Below are positions 1-12,996 of a stretch of 64,000 nt of DNA, in pieces. Under the pieces are notes generated by a model. The model saw only the letters and a list, made by a program, of their open reading frames with translations. It was not told where the DNA came from and ran no database searches. Both the position numbers and the translations under genes were made by a program. The number at the start of each line of letters is the position of its first letter. Position 1 is the first letter of the stretch. The stretch is taken from the NCBI GenBank assembly GCA_021432655.1, contig MU271363.1, positions 3,757-67,756 on the forward strand, in the 5' to 3' direction. This DNA comes from Atractiella rhizophila (taxonomy: Eukaryota).

Positions 1-1352
1 AGCCTGAGACAGAGGGAGGGAGGGGACACAGATTGGAGAGACGCAAACCAGTGAGGGTGAGTGGGAGAGAGAGCGATTGGAGAGGCGGGTATGTACGAAG
101 CTTTAGTTCTTTGAGGTCAGTCGATAATTGAAGCCCTGGTGACGTCGACGAGGCAGAGTCCGTGACGTCTTCAGCACGGAAGCTTCTGATCCTGCCACCC
201 ATCCTCCGTGTAAAATTTTCAATCTCGTCCTTCTTCCACTTTCTCCAACCTTGCCCTCCAAACATTACGTCATCCAACCTCGTCCAGCCTTCAATCGCAT
301 GCAACACAATCTTCGCCTCCTCGTCATTCCAAATTGCGTCCATGTACACATACGTGACATTCGGCGAGCCAGCAATAACGTCTTCCGCCATCGCAACGCT
401 GATGCCATCGTCAAGCTCTCTCTCAAACGAGAGGGATCTCCACAAATGCCCGGCATTAGGATAAGCTGTCAAACGAGCATGCATCTCCTTCACAGAAACA
501 TCTTCACTCAAATATGGGGCTGAAACAGCCTTCCAAAGCTGACAGACGGCAGAAAGTCGCTCGAAGGAAACGAGATATTCATCTTCGAGATCTTCAATGA
601 GCCTTTCATCTTCATCAAATGAAAGAAACTCGAAGATGAGTGAGAGGATCTCAGGAGGAAGGTGTGCGATACTGCATAAACTAATACTTGTAGGTCGAGT
701 TGTGGAGAGCGAGAGTTGGATGGTTGTCCCCAGACCGGTGGATGGGATGGTTGATTCCTCCCATTCGCTGAGAGGAATGAAACGCTGTTGCTCCTTGGAG
801 TATAGGGCAACGGGTTCAAAGAGGACCTCAGAGCGATTATCTGGAAGGTGAAACGTGCATGTGAAGGGCGGCTCGTCCAGGTCATCCATATCCACGGATA
901 CAAGATATTTAGCATCCCCAAAAGTCACTGCAATACTTTCCTCCTCCAATGCGATGCAAAGAATCACTGTACCGTCGGGTTCTACTTCATTTTCGAGACT
1001 TGCCAGAGAGAAGTAGGATGATTTCGACGGCCCATAATACTCGCTCCAGAAGTCAAGAGTCAAGACAAATGTGATCTGGAGCATGTGAATCGATGGAGGT
1101 AGGCGAGAAAGGAAAGGGGAGAGAACGGAGAGGTGGATCGGAGTGCCATGTTCTAACGTTACTGGGGTGATGAGATGGACCAGTGCCATCGACTCTGTTC
1201 CCTGATCATCCTCCCGTAAAATCAATGTCTCCTTCTCAATTCTTCGCAGAGAAGATACACTAGACTAAAGCCCACGAATTCATGTTAAACGAGGCAAGGG
1301 CAGGGGAAAGATCATATCATGCCTGCAGTACATCAGCGCGTTGTTCAGCCAT
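1..1352 (-). CDS. F-box/LRR-like protein, copy 1 (3' end runs off the window). Exon 1 1323-1352, GC-AG intron 1265-1322, exon 2 from 1264 to <1
   Basis: Manual minus-strand translation aligns with the other copies: LPPEILSLIFEFLSFD...ERLSAVCQLWKAV and IRSFRAEDVTD...DLKELKLRTYPP. Codon phase is the same at 1264 and at 40, so there is no net frameshift. The ORF track lacks it because no stop lies inside the window. Confidence 0.85.
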
Positions 1353-4079
1353 CTCGACGTTCTCGGGGCAATGATCAGACAGCACAATCGTGAGGATGGA
1401 GATCCCGGAACTGTTCGTGGGAGTCGATGGATTAGGCGATCGTTGCAATTAGGACGGATTAGGATGTTGTTGGTGGAGTGGGCGTCCGGACTTTGAAGGC
1501 TTTAGTTCTCCAGCACTTGACTAACAGATAGTGCTACAGGAAGTCCTAAAATGTGTAAAAGAATCCTTTGCAATACTAGTACCTAAATTACACTGAAAAT
1601 CAAACGAGAGCTAGTGCAGAACGCTCTGATATTGATGCTTTGTTTCGTAATGATTGATTGTGAGAGGAAAGGCTAGATGTGGCTGGGACTTAGAGAGGCA
1701 GTTACCTATCTGGATGACAGAGGAGGCAGAGGAACTACTCGCGAGAACATAGATGACACTTGAGTCACTAGCGGGAGACAAGAGGGATGGAGGACGGAGG
1801 CTCAGGAACACGAGGAAGGACCAACCTAGATGTCCACTTGTGGTCCTTTGATGCCACACTGCACACTTTGCCCTCCTCTTTCTCCATCAGCCATTTCATT
1901 TGTTGCCCTCAATGTCATGAAGCAAGCGTCTGTGGAAAAGAGCCATGAAGTGCAAGCCGGAGTGCGATTGAAGGTGGGGTGCGAGAGAGAATAGGATGGC
2001 GGCATGGGAACACGATAAGGCATAGGATGAAGACGGATGGCGAGGAGTGCGAACGGAGGTGCGACAAAGTGTGATGCGTATCTCCGACATCCCATCGTGA
2101 CTATGGACCCGTTATCACTTCTTCCTCTCCCTTTTCGCTTTCGAACGATCAACCTCCACTCCGAGTCCAACTTCCGAGCCACGGGCTTGGTGGAGGCGTG
2201 AGGGCAGGTGGAGTGCGATAGGAGGTGGAGTGGGGACTGGAAAGGGGAGCGGCAGAGGAGTGGACCTAGTGTGCATGGCAGTTAGGATACTCATAGCTGG
2301 AGAGAGGAAGGGAGAAACGAAACACACTGCCAGCAGAAAGAAAACCCTAACAGGCCAGAATGCGAAAAGGCGGGGGGTTGGTGGAAGGCGAAATGAAGGG
2401 TGAACGTTAGCGGAGAGGGATGAGAGGTGGGGCGAGAGGGTATCTGAGGCGAAAGGACATGACGGAGAGTGGAAGAGACGCCGGGACGATCCTTCTCACG
2501 TCTTTCTTCCATCACCCACCACGTTCCCTCTATTCCCCTCTGTCTACCCTTTAGCCATTTAATGTGTCCCCTGTGCTCTGTATTGATATTAAATGACCAG
2601 TATGCGAGGTAAAGGCTTCAGTAGAGAGGAGGTGACTTGTCTAAGCAAACAAGCCGCGATGGCGAAAGTTGGCGGCGCGAGTTGGGGATTGGCGGTGTCG
2701 CAGTCTTCCATCAAATGCCCTACGCTTCGCGGTTGGTTTCTGATGTCTAGTGCGAAGCAAGGCGAAGGATGCGGGCGTGAGAGATGATGTTGGAGAGCGA
2801 GGTGAAACGGGACGGCAACGCCGGGTGAGAGAAAGCATATCATGCTTCTCCGATGTCCATCCTCAATCTTGACCAGCTGTGTCACCTCCGTCCTCTGCTT
2901 TCACGATCCGACGTCCAGCTTTCACGCGCCGTTCGTTGCGGAGTGCACAGAAGTTGCTGGAGGAGCAGAGGAAGACGGATGGCGAGAGTAGCACGGAAGA
3001 GGGATGTTGGAGCAAGAGGGGCAGGTGTACGGGAAGCGTGAAAGGAGGATAGATCGGAGCAGGTGGTGAAACTGGTGCTGGACGGCGCTGTCCTGTCTCC
3101 TTTTTGCATCCCACACTTCCCTCGCACTGCTCTCTCGTTTCCAAGCCCCATCACCGAAGGTGACTCGGAACACTGGGAGGGTAGAGGGGTTTTGTGCTGG
3201 GTCAGCGAAGCAGGAGTCAGAGCAGTGATGAGCGTACAGGGTGAGGGGACGAGGAATCTGATCCTTATGTCATTAAGCACAAATGCAAAAGAGGGAGAGG
3301 GGGAGGGAAGGCACCTCTTCTCTCGCACCTGGCTTTGCTATAAAAGTGTTAGCCCTCCATTGACTATAATTGGATCCATACCTGGCCTCTCTTTCGCCCT
3401 TACTCGCTCGTTCTTGCCCTCCACTGCACATCGCGTGCATCCTTTGTCGTGCTATGCCGTTCTCAGGCGCACTTTCACTGGGCAGCAGATCAGCAATGCT
3501 CGCATCTTCCTTTTCAGTCAGTGTTGTCTGTCGTGGTCTCGTGCTTCGCACTCCCCTTTCCATCTCTGTCACACTTCACCTAACTTTTATGTACCATCTG
3601 TTCACAATGCATCTCAGTTCCCCTCCCTTCTTCGCTCTGGTTGTACTCGTCCATTCATTACTCGCTTACGCCAGCGCTACCAATTACATAAGCCTTCGCG
3701 TGTGGGAACAGTACGTGAGCAAAAAGGAGGACGGTGGAGGATAGCTGAGGTGAAAGAGGAACGTGGAAGAGAGCGGAGCTGGAGATGACGAAGTAGACTG
3801 AAACAGGAGAGGGACACCAAACCAGCCAGAGTGAAGGAGACCGGGGACGGTGAGAGGACGTGAGATCGAGAGAGGCGAAGAGCCTGTGAGAAAGGAGCGA
3901 ACTGAAAGGGTGAAGGGCGGGAACCAGGAACGACGGCCGAGATACAATGGACGGGGAATGAAGGATAGAAGGCGTGGAGAACAGTTGGTCTGTTGGAGAC
4001 TGCACGCAGAGGGCGGAGGAGTAGACAAGAAGACACAGGAAGGTGGCGATCGTAGAAAATCTTTCAACTACGTGACACT

Positions 4080-6025
4080 TTTCGTGCAACGATCTACCCA
4101 AACAAAGACTGTCACGATTTACACCTCGCCGCCGTGTTTCCCATTCCGTGTGGCCTTTGACACATTCTTAGCTAGACTAGACTGAGGGATGGAGTTGACA
4201 GGAATGAGACTGAGAGGAGGCTAATCAACGGTGCCAATTTGTGTGTTTTTCTTCAGTTCTTGAAGCAAATTGTCAGGGGAAAATTTGGTTATACTGCGGT
4301 ATGTCGAGAATGCTGCTGAGAACCTGAAAGAAAAATTGTTGCCGGAGCTGATGATGCTCTCCTCGCTGTAAACAAAGCTTCCTATCCATCTCTCCCATCG
4401 TGTGAGAGAGGGACTTCTGTAGCTCTTCATTATGGCATCGCTCTCTGGATTTCGTGCACACTCGACAATGTGACGCCTTCGAGCCGTCCTTGCCTTTTTG
4501 CATGCATGGAATGTTGGCTGAAGGAGATTCCAAGCAGATAAAGAAACCACCCCACCGTTAAAACGCTACAGCAGTGACGATTTCCTGCAAGTTCATGGTC
4601 ACATTGATGGGCAAGCATCAAATCGTCATTCCCAGTGAGCAATGGCCGATGCCAGTCACTCCTTTCGTCCAGATGCCAGGCAATAGCGCCAGTGAAAGAT
4701 ATCAGTCCAGCAGATGCTCCTTTGACTGCTCTTCTCATTTCCACACTCGACACGTTCCTCACCCATATCGTGCGTTCACTGATATCATGATGAGTGATTA
4801 CCGCCTCTCAAAAGATCTCGCTTTCACGACAGTTAAACGAGGGGAAGATGATTGGTATGTTGGAATTGTGCATATGAAGCTGAAGCTGGAGGACGTGGTG
4901 TGAATATGTGCCATCATGTTGGAGCTGCAGGAAGTAGGAGGGGAGAAGGTGGGCGGGGAAGTGCCGTATTGTCAGTGACCAGGAGCGAGGTTCCCCCTAT
5001 GTGGACAGACATCTTGAGTGCGTTTATCTTCGTTTATCTCTGACGAAGACCGATGGAGACAAAGATACATAAGATATTTGGGCTCCTCGGAACTCTATAA
5101 GGACGAGAGAGGAACACCAGGAACTTCCTGAAGAGTCCCCATTCACTGGCGCGACGATGGCATATTGATGGGTCAACCCGCCGAGCGAGACCATTTGAAT
5201 ATCACATCAAGGTGGTTAACTTCCATTCTGTCACTGCCTCTGCTAAAAGGCGACAGGTGGCGCGATCCCTCCCTCTCCCCAGAAGTAGCAAGAAGCATAC
5301 TTCTGCTCCTTCAGCACTTGCAACAACATCAACATCCTCTGGCGCCGTTTCTCCTCCTCCGGCTCCAAAGCCTTCTGCCGTTCCTCCAGCTGCAACCCCA
5401 GTGAGTGTCGACTCTCCCTAGCTGATGTGTTGACCTCAGCACCATCTCCTGTGCCTGCATCTGTACCAGTTGGCCCAGATCTCACCGCTGCCGTGATGTC
5501 GACTGGTCCGGCCAGTTCTACCTCATCAATCCTCAGTACCACCCACATAGGAGAGAACGAATACGGCAGTGTAGCAACACAGACGTTTACACTTCCTCCT
5601 CGTCCGCAGCCGTTTTCTATCCCTCCATCGCCGGCCACCAGAGCCCAAATCAACAAGTACAGCTCCTCGATTCTTGAATTGCTCAGTCCAGTGGTGGTGC
5701 GTTGAATAGCAGGTTCTCTGTTTTTTCGCTGAGATAACGAATGAAGGTGGGTTTGACTTCAGATATAAGAATGAGGAGGAAGCGAAGGAGGAAACTGTGA
5801 GGAAGGATGGGGATTGCGTAGGAAGATGTGGTCAATTCCCACCGGAAATCTCGACAGCATCTTCTTCCTTCTCCATGGTTGCTAAAATGTGGAGGGAAGT
5901 CAAGCCGAATCGGAGACATTCGTTCGTCGCAAACATGCGTTCCTGTCCGATTCGTGTTCTGTTTTATGTTTCTGTTTTCTTGGATGTGGCATGTTGATGT
6001 TGATGCTTTAGTGAAGAAGGGAGAG
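4080..6025. repeat. Secondary duplicated segment (sister copies at about 24157-26225 and, partial, 50578-51085) with unidentified coding-like relics
   Basis: High identity between copies. Contains ORF 4574-4903 (= 24668-24976) and a Ser/Pro/Ala-rich exon-like stretch followed by GTGAGT at 5401. No family recognised. Confidence 0.75.
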
Positions 6026-6580
6026 AGAACAAGCCTGGAAGGGCGAAACACAGGCCTGGGATGGATCAAGGAACGGCTGCAAAGCCTTGAAAGCAAAGCA
6101 CATAGTGTTACCAGAGAACAGTAACCTTCTTCATCCCTCTCTGTTTCGCATTTACGCTTATTGCATATGTATTATTTTTCCCCGTCAACCTGGACGCTCG
6201 TCACCGCTGTCCCTCTTGCTGCCCCGTTCCGCCTCAGCACTGCTTGACCTTCCAACCTTCCCGACTTACCTTCGCTGCTGAGGCTACGAAGCGAGAGAGC
6301 AGCGCAAGGCAAGCGCTTGGGGCAAAAGGAGACGGGGAAGCGCCGTCCAGCACCAATCTCGATACTTCCGATCCATCCCGCTATCCCGTAACTCTACCTC
6401 TCTTTCTCCAGCATCCCTTTCTCCGCACCTCAGTGCTCCTCTCGTCATCCATCATCCCTCCGCTCCTCCAGCAACCTCTGCGCCATCCGGAAGGAACGGC
6501 GAGTGCGTGTTGGACGTCGGATCGAAAACAGAGGACAGATGTGGCAGAGCGGGTAGGGGATTGAGCATGGACATCGGAGT

Positions 6581-7738
6581 AAGAGACCTGTAAGTCCTCT
6601 CTCTCTCTCCTCCCTCCTATCACTGGCTTATCTCGTCTAACATCAATATAGACAAACTTCTTGACATGAGTTCCAACTCTACTTCATCGAAAATCTCGTA
6701 CAACGATATCGGCTGTTGCTGTGATAACAGAATGTCTCCTTAGAAGAGGAAGTGATGATCGAGCTGCTCTCTATGCTGCAAAGTGTGGCGCCTATCGGGG
6801 GGATGAAAGGTCGGTTGAACGTTTCCATCTGCGGGTTCGTCTTCCTCCCCTTCTCCTCCTCTACCCGTAAAAGAAAGAATAATAACGGTGCTGTGAAGAT
6901 CTGGTCCTATAGGACTCCTTGCACAGTCAGCCGTGAAGGCCTTAGACGCCAGAAAGATAATCGCCGTCGACATTCAAGTGCGACAGGCTCGCTTCGGAGA
7001 CTGTCGTTCCTCCCAACGTGTGTCAACCTCTAGCCTCTCTCATGCACGTTTTGCCTTACATTTCTATTCCTTTTTATGGGTGTGCGGATTTGTGTTTCTG
7101 AGTATGAGGAGAGGAGAGGATTGCGTATTCCAGGAGGGTTGCAGGGATCATGAAGGAGGAGCTTAAGGTTGCAGACAAAGGATTGGAGGTATCGACCTCC
7201 CCGTAGACTGCACGGGGGTGATGTCCGTTTGTCCTTGCTTTCCATCCTACAGTTTGCAGATCGGTGTCCTGATAGTGATGGACGGACGAGAATAGGCGTG
7301 CCTTCATGCTATCTATCTCGTCATGGACAGCGGAACATACGCCTAAGTCGGCAAGGCAATGAGTTCGTCCAGATGCCCGTCGCTGCTATCCTCACGGAGG
7401 GGACAATCGACGATTCTTTCCAGTCCGTCCTCCCTCCTACCGCTTCCACTATAGTGTGGTTCTGACGCTTCTTAGATTTACTCGATGGATGCGGACGGGC
7501 AAGCAATTGATTTGTTCGCTAGGGGCGTCGTAGACTGCTGAGCCACTCATCACACATCGCTTCAAGCTCAGGGATGCAATTCGCACTTTTAAGATAATAC
7601 AGTCTCGCCACCTCTCTTCTCTTCTGCCTTGATGTCACAAAGTTGCAACCTAATGACGATAGTTCGCCCTATGACGAGAAGGGAGGGGATGGGGGGGACG
7701 CGATAATGATCATCATCGACAGATACGACGACGACTGA
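6581..7738 (+). pseudogene. Zn-dependent polyol (xylitol/sorbitol) dehydrogenase pseudogene, 3' half
   Basis: Relic exons NVSLEEEVMIELLS, GPIGLLAQSAVKALDARKIIAVDIQ (Rossmann fold), IDLPVDCTG, NEFVQMPVAAILT, PLITHRFK and IIIDRYDDD*. Contains frameshifts, stops and decayed splice sites. Confidence 0.85.
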
Positions 7739-8554
7739 GCCTTGCAGCTACACGAATGCAAGGCTCGGGACTATTAAGGAATTGAAGGAACAAAAGATGG
7801 GATATGTACTACACAAAGGGTTCAAGGAATGGTACCATTGTTATACCACAGCTTCGATCTTCGATGGCAGCTCCGTTTGTTCTCTTAACTACTCCGCCAT
7901 CGAATGCACAAGTCGTCGTCAACCGTAAGAACAAATCAGGCAAGACTGAAAGGGTGGGTCAGCTCGATTACATTGTGGCACCTTTGGACAGAACTTGACG
8001 TCTTCAGCACTTCTAAAGGGAATCAGTAGAATTGTTGCATGGAAGACATCCGTAATACACACAGCTAGCGTCCTCCTCACAAACCCGGTCTCTCATGCCC
8101 TGAAGTTTCCTCAAGGAATGAAATTATCATCAACAGCAATTCTACTTCTCCCCATCCATCGCCGTCATTGCCTGCATCCCTCATTTCCTGATCCCCAAGC
8201 AACCCGCAGATAAACACTAGGAGACCGACTCACTCCCGAAATAGCTATGACCTTTACATCATTCTGTTCTAATAGTGCGCAAGGACAGACTTGGTGCGGG
8301 TCGGTTCCAAGATTGCTCATAACCATCAAGCATGAGGTGTCGAGTACAAGAGAGGTGACCTTTGTGCGGTGACCCTTGAGGAGTAGTACGTTGAATAGCT
8401 GGGCGTACGGATGGAGGGATGGCATTGTCCCGAACGAAGTCCAGCCCTGTTCCTGTCACCCATTTCAATGTTGTGTTCGATGGAGAGGGATACGGACTGC
8501 GCGACTTTCTCTCGTGTCTTATCAAGAACGAGTGAATTCTAAGTATCTCCAGCA

Positions 8555-10380
8555 TCACTTCTCCCCACCCTCCCGAACCCACGTCCTTTTACTCCACTCG
8601 CTCACCCCGAACTCTCTCAACGTGCTCCTTGCCTTGCACATCTCGTCCTCAAGCCACCCTCCAAAGAATAGCTCAACCCTCAACTCGCGTCTTCTTGTCA
8701 TCTTCACCTTTTCAGCTCCATCTGCCGTATCCCCCTCCTCGTTCACCCCCCTGTCCCCAAAGAACCAGCAGATGAAATCTGAGAATACGAACCCTGTGAA
8801 TTCCCAGTCCACCACACAGTAACGAACAACTGTGGTATTTATCGCTTTTGCATTTCTGAGAGAGTGGAAGAATTGGGGGGAAACGAGGTTGGAAGTTTCC
8901 TCACCACCGTCGAGGTAGAGTTCGGTGAGATGTTTGAGGTGTGATAGGTCGAGTGGATTGGGTAGGATGGAGGTCTTTCCATCAGGCGAGTAGGGGGCGA
9001 GTGTGATATCGAGATGCCATAGAAGAGGTGGCAGACAGGAGCCTGAGACTGAGGGGGGGAGGGGACACAGGTTGGAGAGAATCAGCCGTGAGAGGGAGAG
9101 TGGGAGGGAGAGCGATGGGAGAGGCGGGTATGCGTCAAGGTGTAGGCGAATGAGGTCAGATGATAATTGAAGGCTTGGTGATGTCGACGAGGCAGAGTCC
9201 TCGACGTCGAAAGCATGGAAGGCTTTGATCCTGTCACCCATCCTCCACATAAAATTCTCGACCTCATCCTTCTTCCACTTTCTCCAACCTTGCCCTCCAA
9301 ACACTACGTCATCCAACCTCGTCCAGCCTTCAATCGCATGCAACACAATCTTCGCCTCCTCGTCATTCCAAATTGCGCCCATGTACACATACGTGACATT
9401 CGGCGAGCGTGCGATGATGTCTTTCACCATCTCAAGGCTAACATCATCGTCCGTTATCCGAAACTCGAGTGTTGTCCACAAATGCCCGGCATTAGGATAA
9501 GCTGTCAAACGAGCATGTAACTCCTTCACAGAAACTTGTTCACTCAAATGTGGGACTGAAACAGCCTTCCAAAGCTGACAGACGTCAGAAAGTCGCTCGA
9601 AGGAAACGAGATATCCAGTACCCAGCCTTTCATATTTATCGAATGAAAGAAACTCGAAGATGAGTGAGAGGATCTCAGGAGGAAGTTGTGTGATACTGCA
9701 TAAACTAATACCTGTAGGTCGAGTTGTGGAGAGGGAGAGTTGGATGGTTGTCCCCAGACCGGTGGATGGGATGGTTGATTCCTCCCATTCGCTGCGAGGA
9801 ATGAAACGCCGTTGCTTCTTGGAGTATAGGGCAACAGGTTCAAAGAGGACCTGAGAGCGATTATCTGGAAGATGAAAAGTGCATGTGAAGGGCTTCCGAG
9901 ACAGGCGCTCCAATTCCACGGATGCACGACGTTTATTATCCCCAAAAGCTACCGTAATACTTTCCTCCTCCAATGCAATGCAAAGAATCATTGCACCGTC
10001 GGGTTCGACTTCATTTTCGAGACCTTCCACAGAGAAGTAGGACGATTTCGACGGCCCATAAGAGTTGCTCCAGAATTCCAGAGGCAAGACAAATGTGATC
10101 CGGAGCATGTGAGTTGATGCAGGTAGGCGAGAAAGGAAAGAGGGAAGAATGGATAGATGTAGCAGACCGCCATGTCGTAGGGTTACTGGGGTGATGAGAT
10201 GGACCTGTGCGATTGACTCTGTTCCCCGATCATCCTCCTGTGAAATCAATGTTCTTCTTTTTTTCATTCTGGGAGATAACATGCCGGACTAAAGACCACG
10301 AATTCATGTTAAACGGACAAGAGAAGGGGAAAGAGATATCATGCCTGCAGCGCATCAGTGCATTGTCCAACTTGAGCCAT
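8555..10380 (-). CDS. F-box/LRR-like protein, copy 2. Exon 2 8555-10288, intron 10289-10344, exon 1 10345-10380 (further in-frame ATG at 10425)
   Basis: 575-aa ORF with the F-box motif ITQLPPEILSLIFEFL...LSDVCQLWKAV, followed by LxxLxL repeats (LSRLILSNL, LWHLDITL, LKHLTELYLDGG). Confidence 0.9.
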
Positions 10381-12996
10381 CTCGCCGTTCTCCACACAAT
10401 GATCAGGCTGATCAGATATTACCATCGTGCGTGAAGATAGAGATCGCATATCCGCTCGTAGGAGTCGAAGGATTAGGCAACTGGTTGCACTTACAATGGT
10501 GTTGGGTGGAAGTCGGCGTCCGGACGTTGAAGGGTTTGGTTCTCTCGCACTTAACTACCAGATAGGAATCCTAAATATGCAAAAGAACTGAAATCCTTTG
10601 CAATACTAGTACTTAAATTACACTGCAATTCAAACCAGAGCTAGGCAGAACGCCTGATATTCATGCTTCGTCCATATCTGATAGTGAGAGCAAGGCTAGA
10701 TAGGGCTGGGACATTATGGAGGGCAGTTAGCAATCAGGATGACAGAGGAGGCAGACATGGCCACTTGCGAGAAGTTATATGACACTTGAGTCAGTAGCGG
10801 GAGATTAAAGGGATGGATGGCAGAGGCTTAGGAGCACGAGAGGGACCGACCTAGATGTCCACTTGTGGCCTGATCCATTACTGCCCACATTTCCCCTCCT
10901 CTTTGTCCATCAGCCATCTCTTTTTTGACATCGATGTCACGAAGCAGGCGTAGGGTGAAGGTGATCTATGTAATGCGACCTGGCATGCAACGGAGGATAG
11001 GAGAATGAGGTGGGAGAGAGAGTAGGAGAGCGGGATGGAACATGGGCGAGGAGGGATCGAACGGGAGTGCGAACAGAAGTTGGAAAGAAAATGTGAGGCG
11101 TCACTGTGACATCCCACGTTGATTATCGGCTTCGTGACACTTCTTCCTTCCCCTTTCGCTCTCCGACGTCCAACATTCAGCCCACATTCGACTTCCGTAC
11201 GCTCCTCAGGCTTGGTGGAGGCGTGAGGGACGGTGGAGTGCGAGAGGAGGTGGATTGAGACTAGCAGAGAGCGGAGCGCAACGGATCTAGTGCGCGTGTT
11301 ATAAGGACACTTGTATCAGGGAGAGGGGAAGGGAGAAAGAAAATACACTCCGGCAGAGAGGAAAGCCCAACGCGGCGAGAATGCAAAAAGGCGGACGGGT
11401 TGGTGGAAATGAACGGTGAACATAGGCGGAGAGGGATGCGAAGTGGAGTGAGAGGGTAAGTGAGGCAAAATGAGTTGGCGAATGTCAAAAAAGGAGCTGG
11501 AGAGACGCCGGGACGGTCACTCTCTCTTCCTTCTGCGATCACCAACCGAAGTTGTTCCTCTGTCCAAGTTTTTCGCCATTTGACGTGTCTATCGTGCTCT
11601 GGGTTTGCCTTAGATGACCATTATGCTGGGATTGGAGGGGGAATAGGCAATAGTAAAGCGTAAGAGAATGGGCTAGGCAGCGAAAGACGGCGGCACGAGC
11701 GGGATGGGCGAACGGCAGGGACTTTACTCTGAACCCCTTCCGACCCCATCTGAGCCACAGTCCACCTCCTTCGCCACCACGCGTCCCAACTACGCTTCGT
11801 GGTTGACTTCCGATATCTAGGGTGAAGCAATTTGCTTACAGTCGAGGGACGGCTGAAGCGGGCGTTGGCATGTTAGAGAGCGAGTGAAACGAGAGGGCCA
11901 GTGTGGGTGAGAGAAAGCATATTACACCCCGCCGACTGGGCTCAATCCCCGACCCGCTGTGTGAGCTCCATCCTCTACTTTCACGATCCGACCTCCAACT
12001 CGACCTGGCGTTCGTTTCAGAAGACAGAAACATTGCTGGAGGAGCTGAGGATGATGGATGTCGGCGGGGCGGGGGTGTGGGGAGAGAGGGATGATTGACC
12101 GAGAGAGGCGAGAGTCGTGGCGAAGATTATGGGAAGTGGGATAGGTCGGATGGAGGTACTGAGACTGGTGCAGCGGGGCGGCGCTTCCTGCTTCCCTCTA
12201 ACTGCCCTCTCGCTTCGTAGCCTCGGCAGCGAAGGTAAGTCAGGAGGCTAGGAGGGTCGAGCAGTGCTGAGGTGGGATGGGATTGCAGGGGGAGAAGGGC
12301 AATGGCTGGCAGGGTGACGGGGGAGGAAGCTAATACCTATGTCAGTAAACGCCAATGCAAAGAGGGAGAGGGAGCGGGACGGCCTCTTCTCTCGTACCTC
12401 TCTGCCCCTCCATCTCTGCCACACTTAGCCTTCCATTATGCCCCATTCTGTTGGCAATCATCTCATTCCCCCCCTTCTTTGCGCTGATTGTACTTGTGCG
12501 TTCATTGCTTGAGCACACCCTCGCTACCATCTCCTCCCTGCGCCACCCCACCCTGTCAAGCCTGCTCTGTCACCAGCTGTCCAAACATTTCGATTCCTAC
12601 CGACTCCATTACCTTAGTCTAGGAATAGGAAGGGTCCATCAGCAAAAGAGGACGGTGTGGGATAGCTGTGGTGAAAGAATACTGAGGAGGAGAGAGGAGC
12701 CGGAGGGTATGACGAAGGAGGCTGAGACAGGAGAGTGACGCCAGAACCAGCAACAGTGAAGCAGACCAGCGAGACGACAGAGATGTGCGGATGTGAGCAT
12801 GGGACTGCATGAAAGAAACGGCTAGCTCAGAGCGAGAAAGAGGGAAGGGCGGCGGACTCGGAGATCGAGAGCCGATGGAGGACGTTCGGAGACGGTGTAG
12901 TAGTGACTGCTTGCGGAGGCGGAGGAGATGAAAGGAAAGGAACTGCCAGCCAAGTGGCAGCGTTAGTTTCGGCCGAAAATCCTTTCACTTTCACAG

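Noticed and set aside
162..921. Many short ORFs overlapping the F-box genes (here and in every copy)
   Set aside because: They are antisense or alternate-frame shadows of the long minus-strand frame, repeated only because the gene is repeated.
4574..4903. 109-aa ORF conserved at 24668-24976 as a real gene
   Set aside because: Conservation is explained by recent duplication and no family is recognisable, so it is listed only as part of a repeat.
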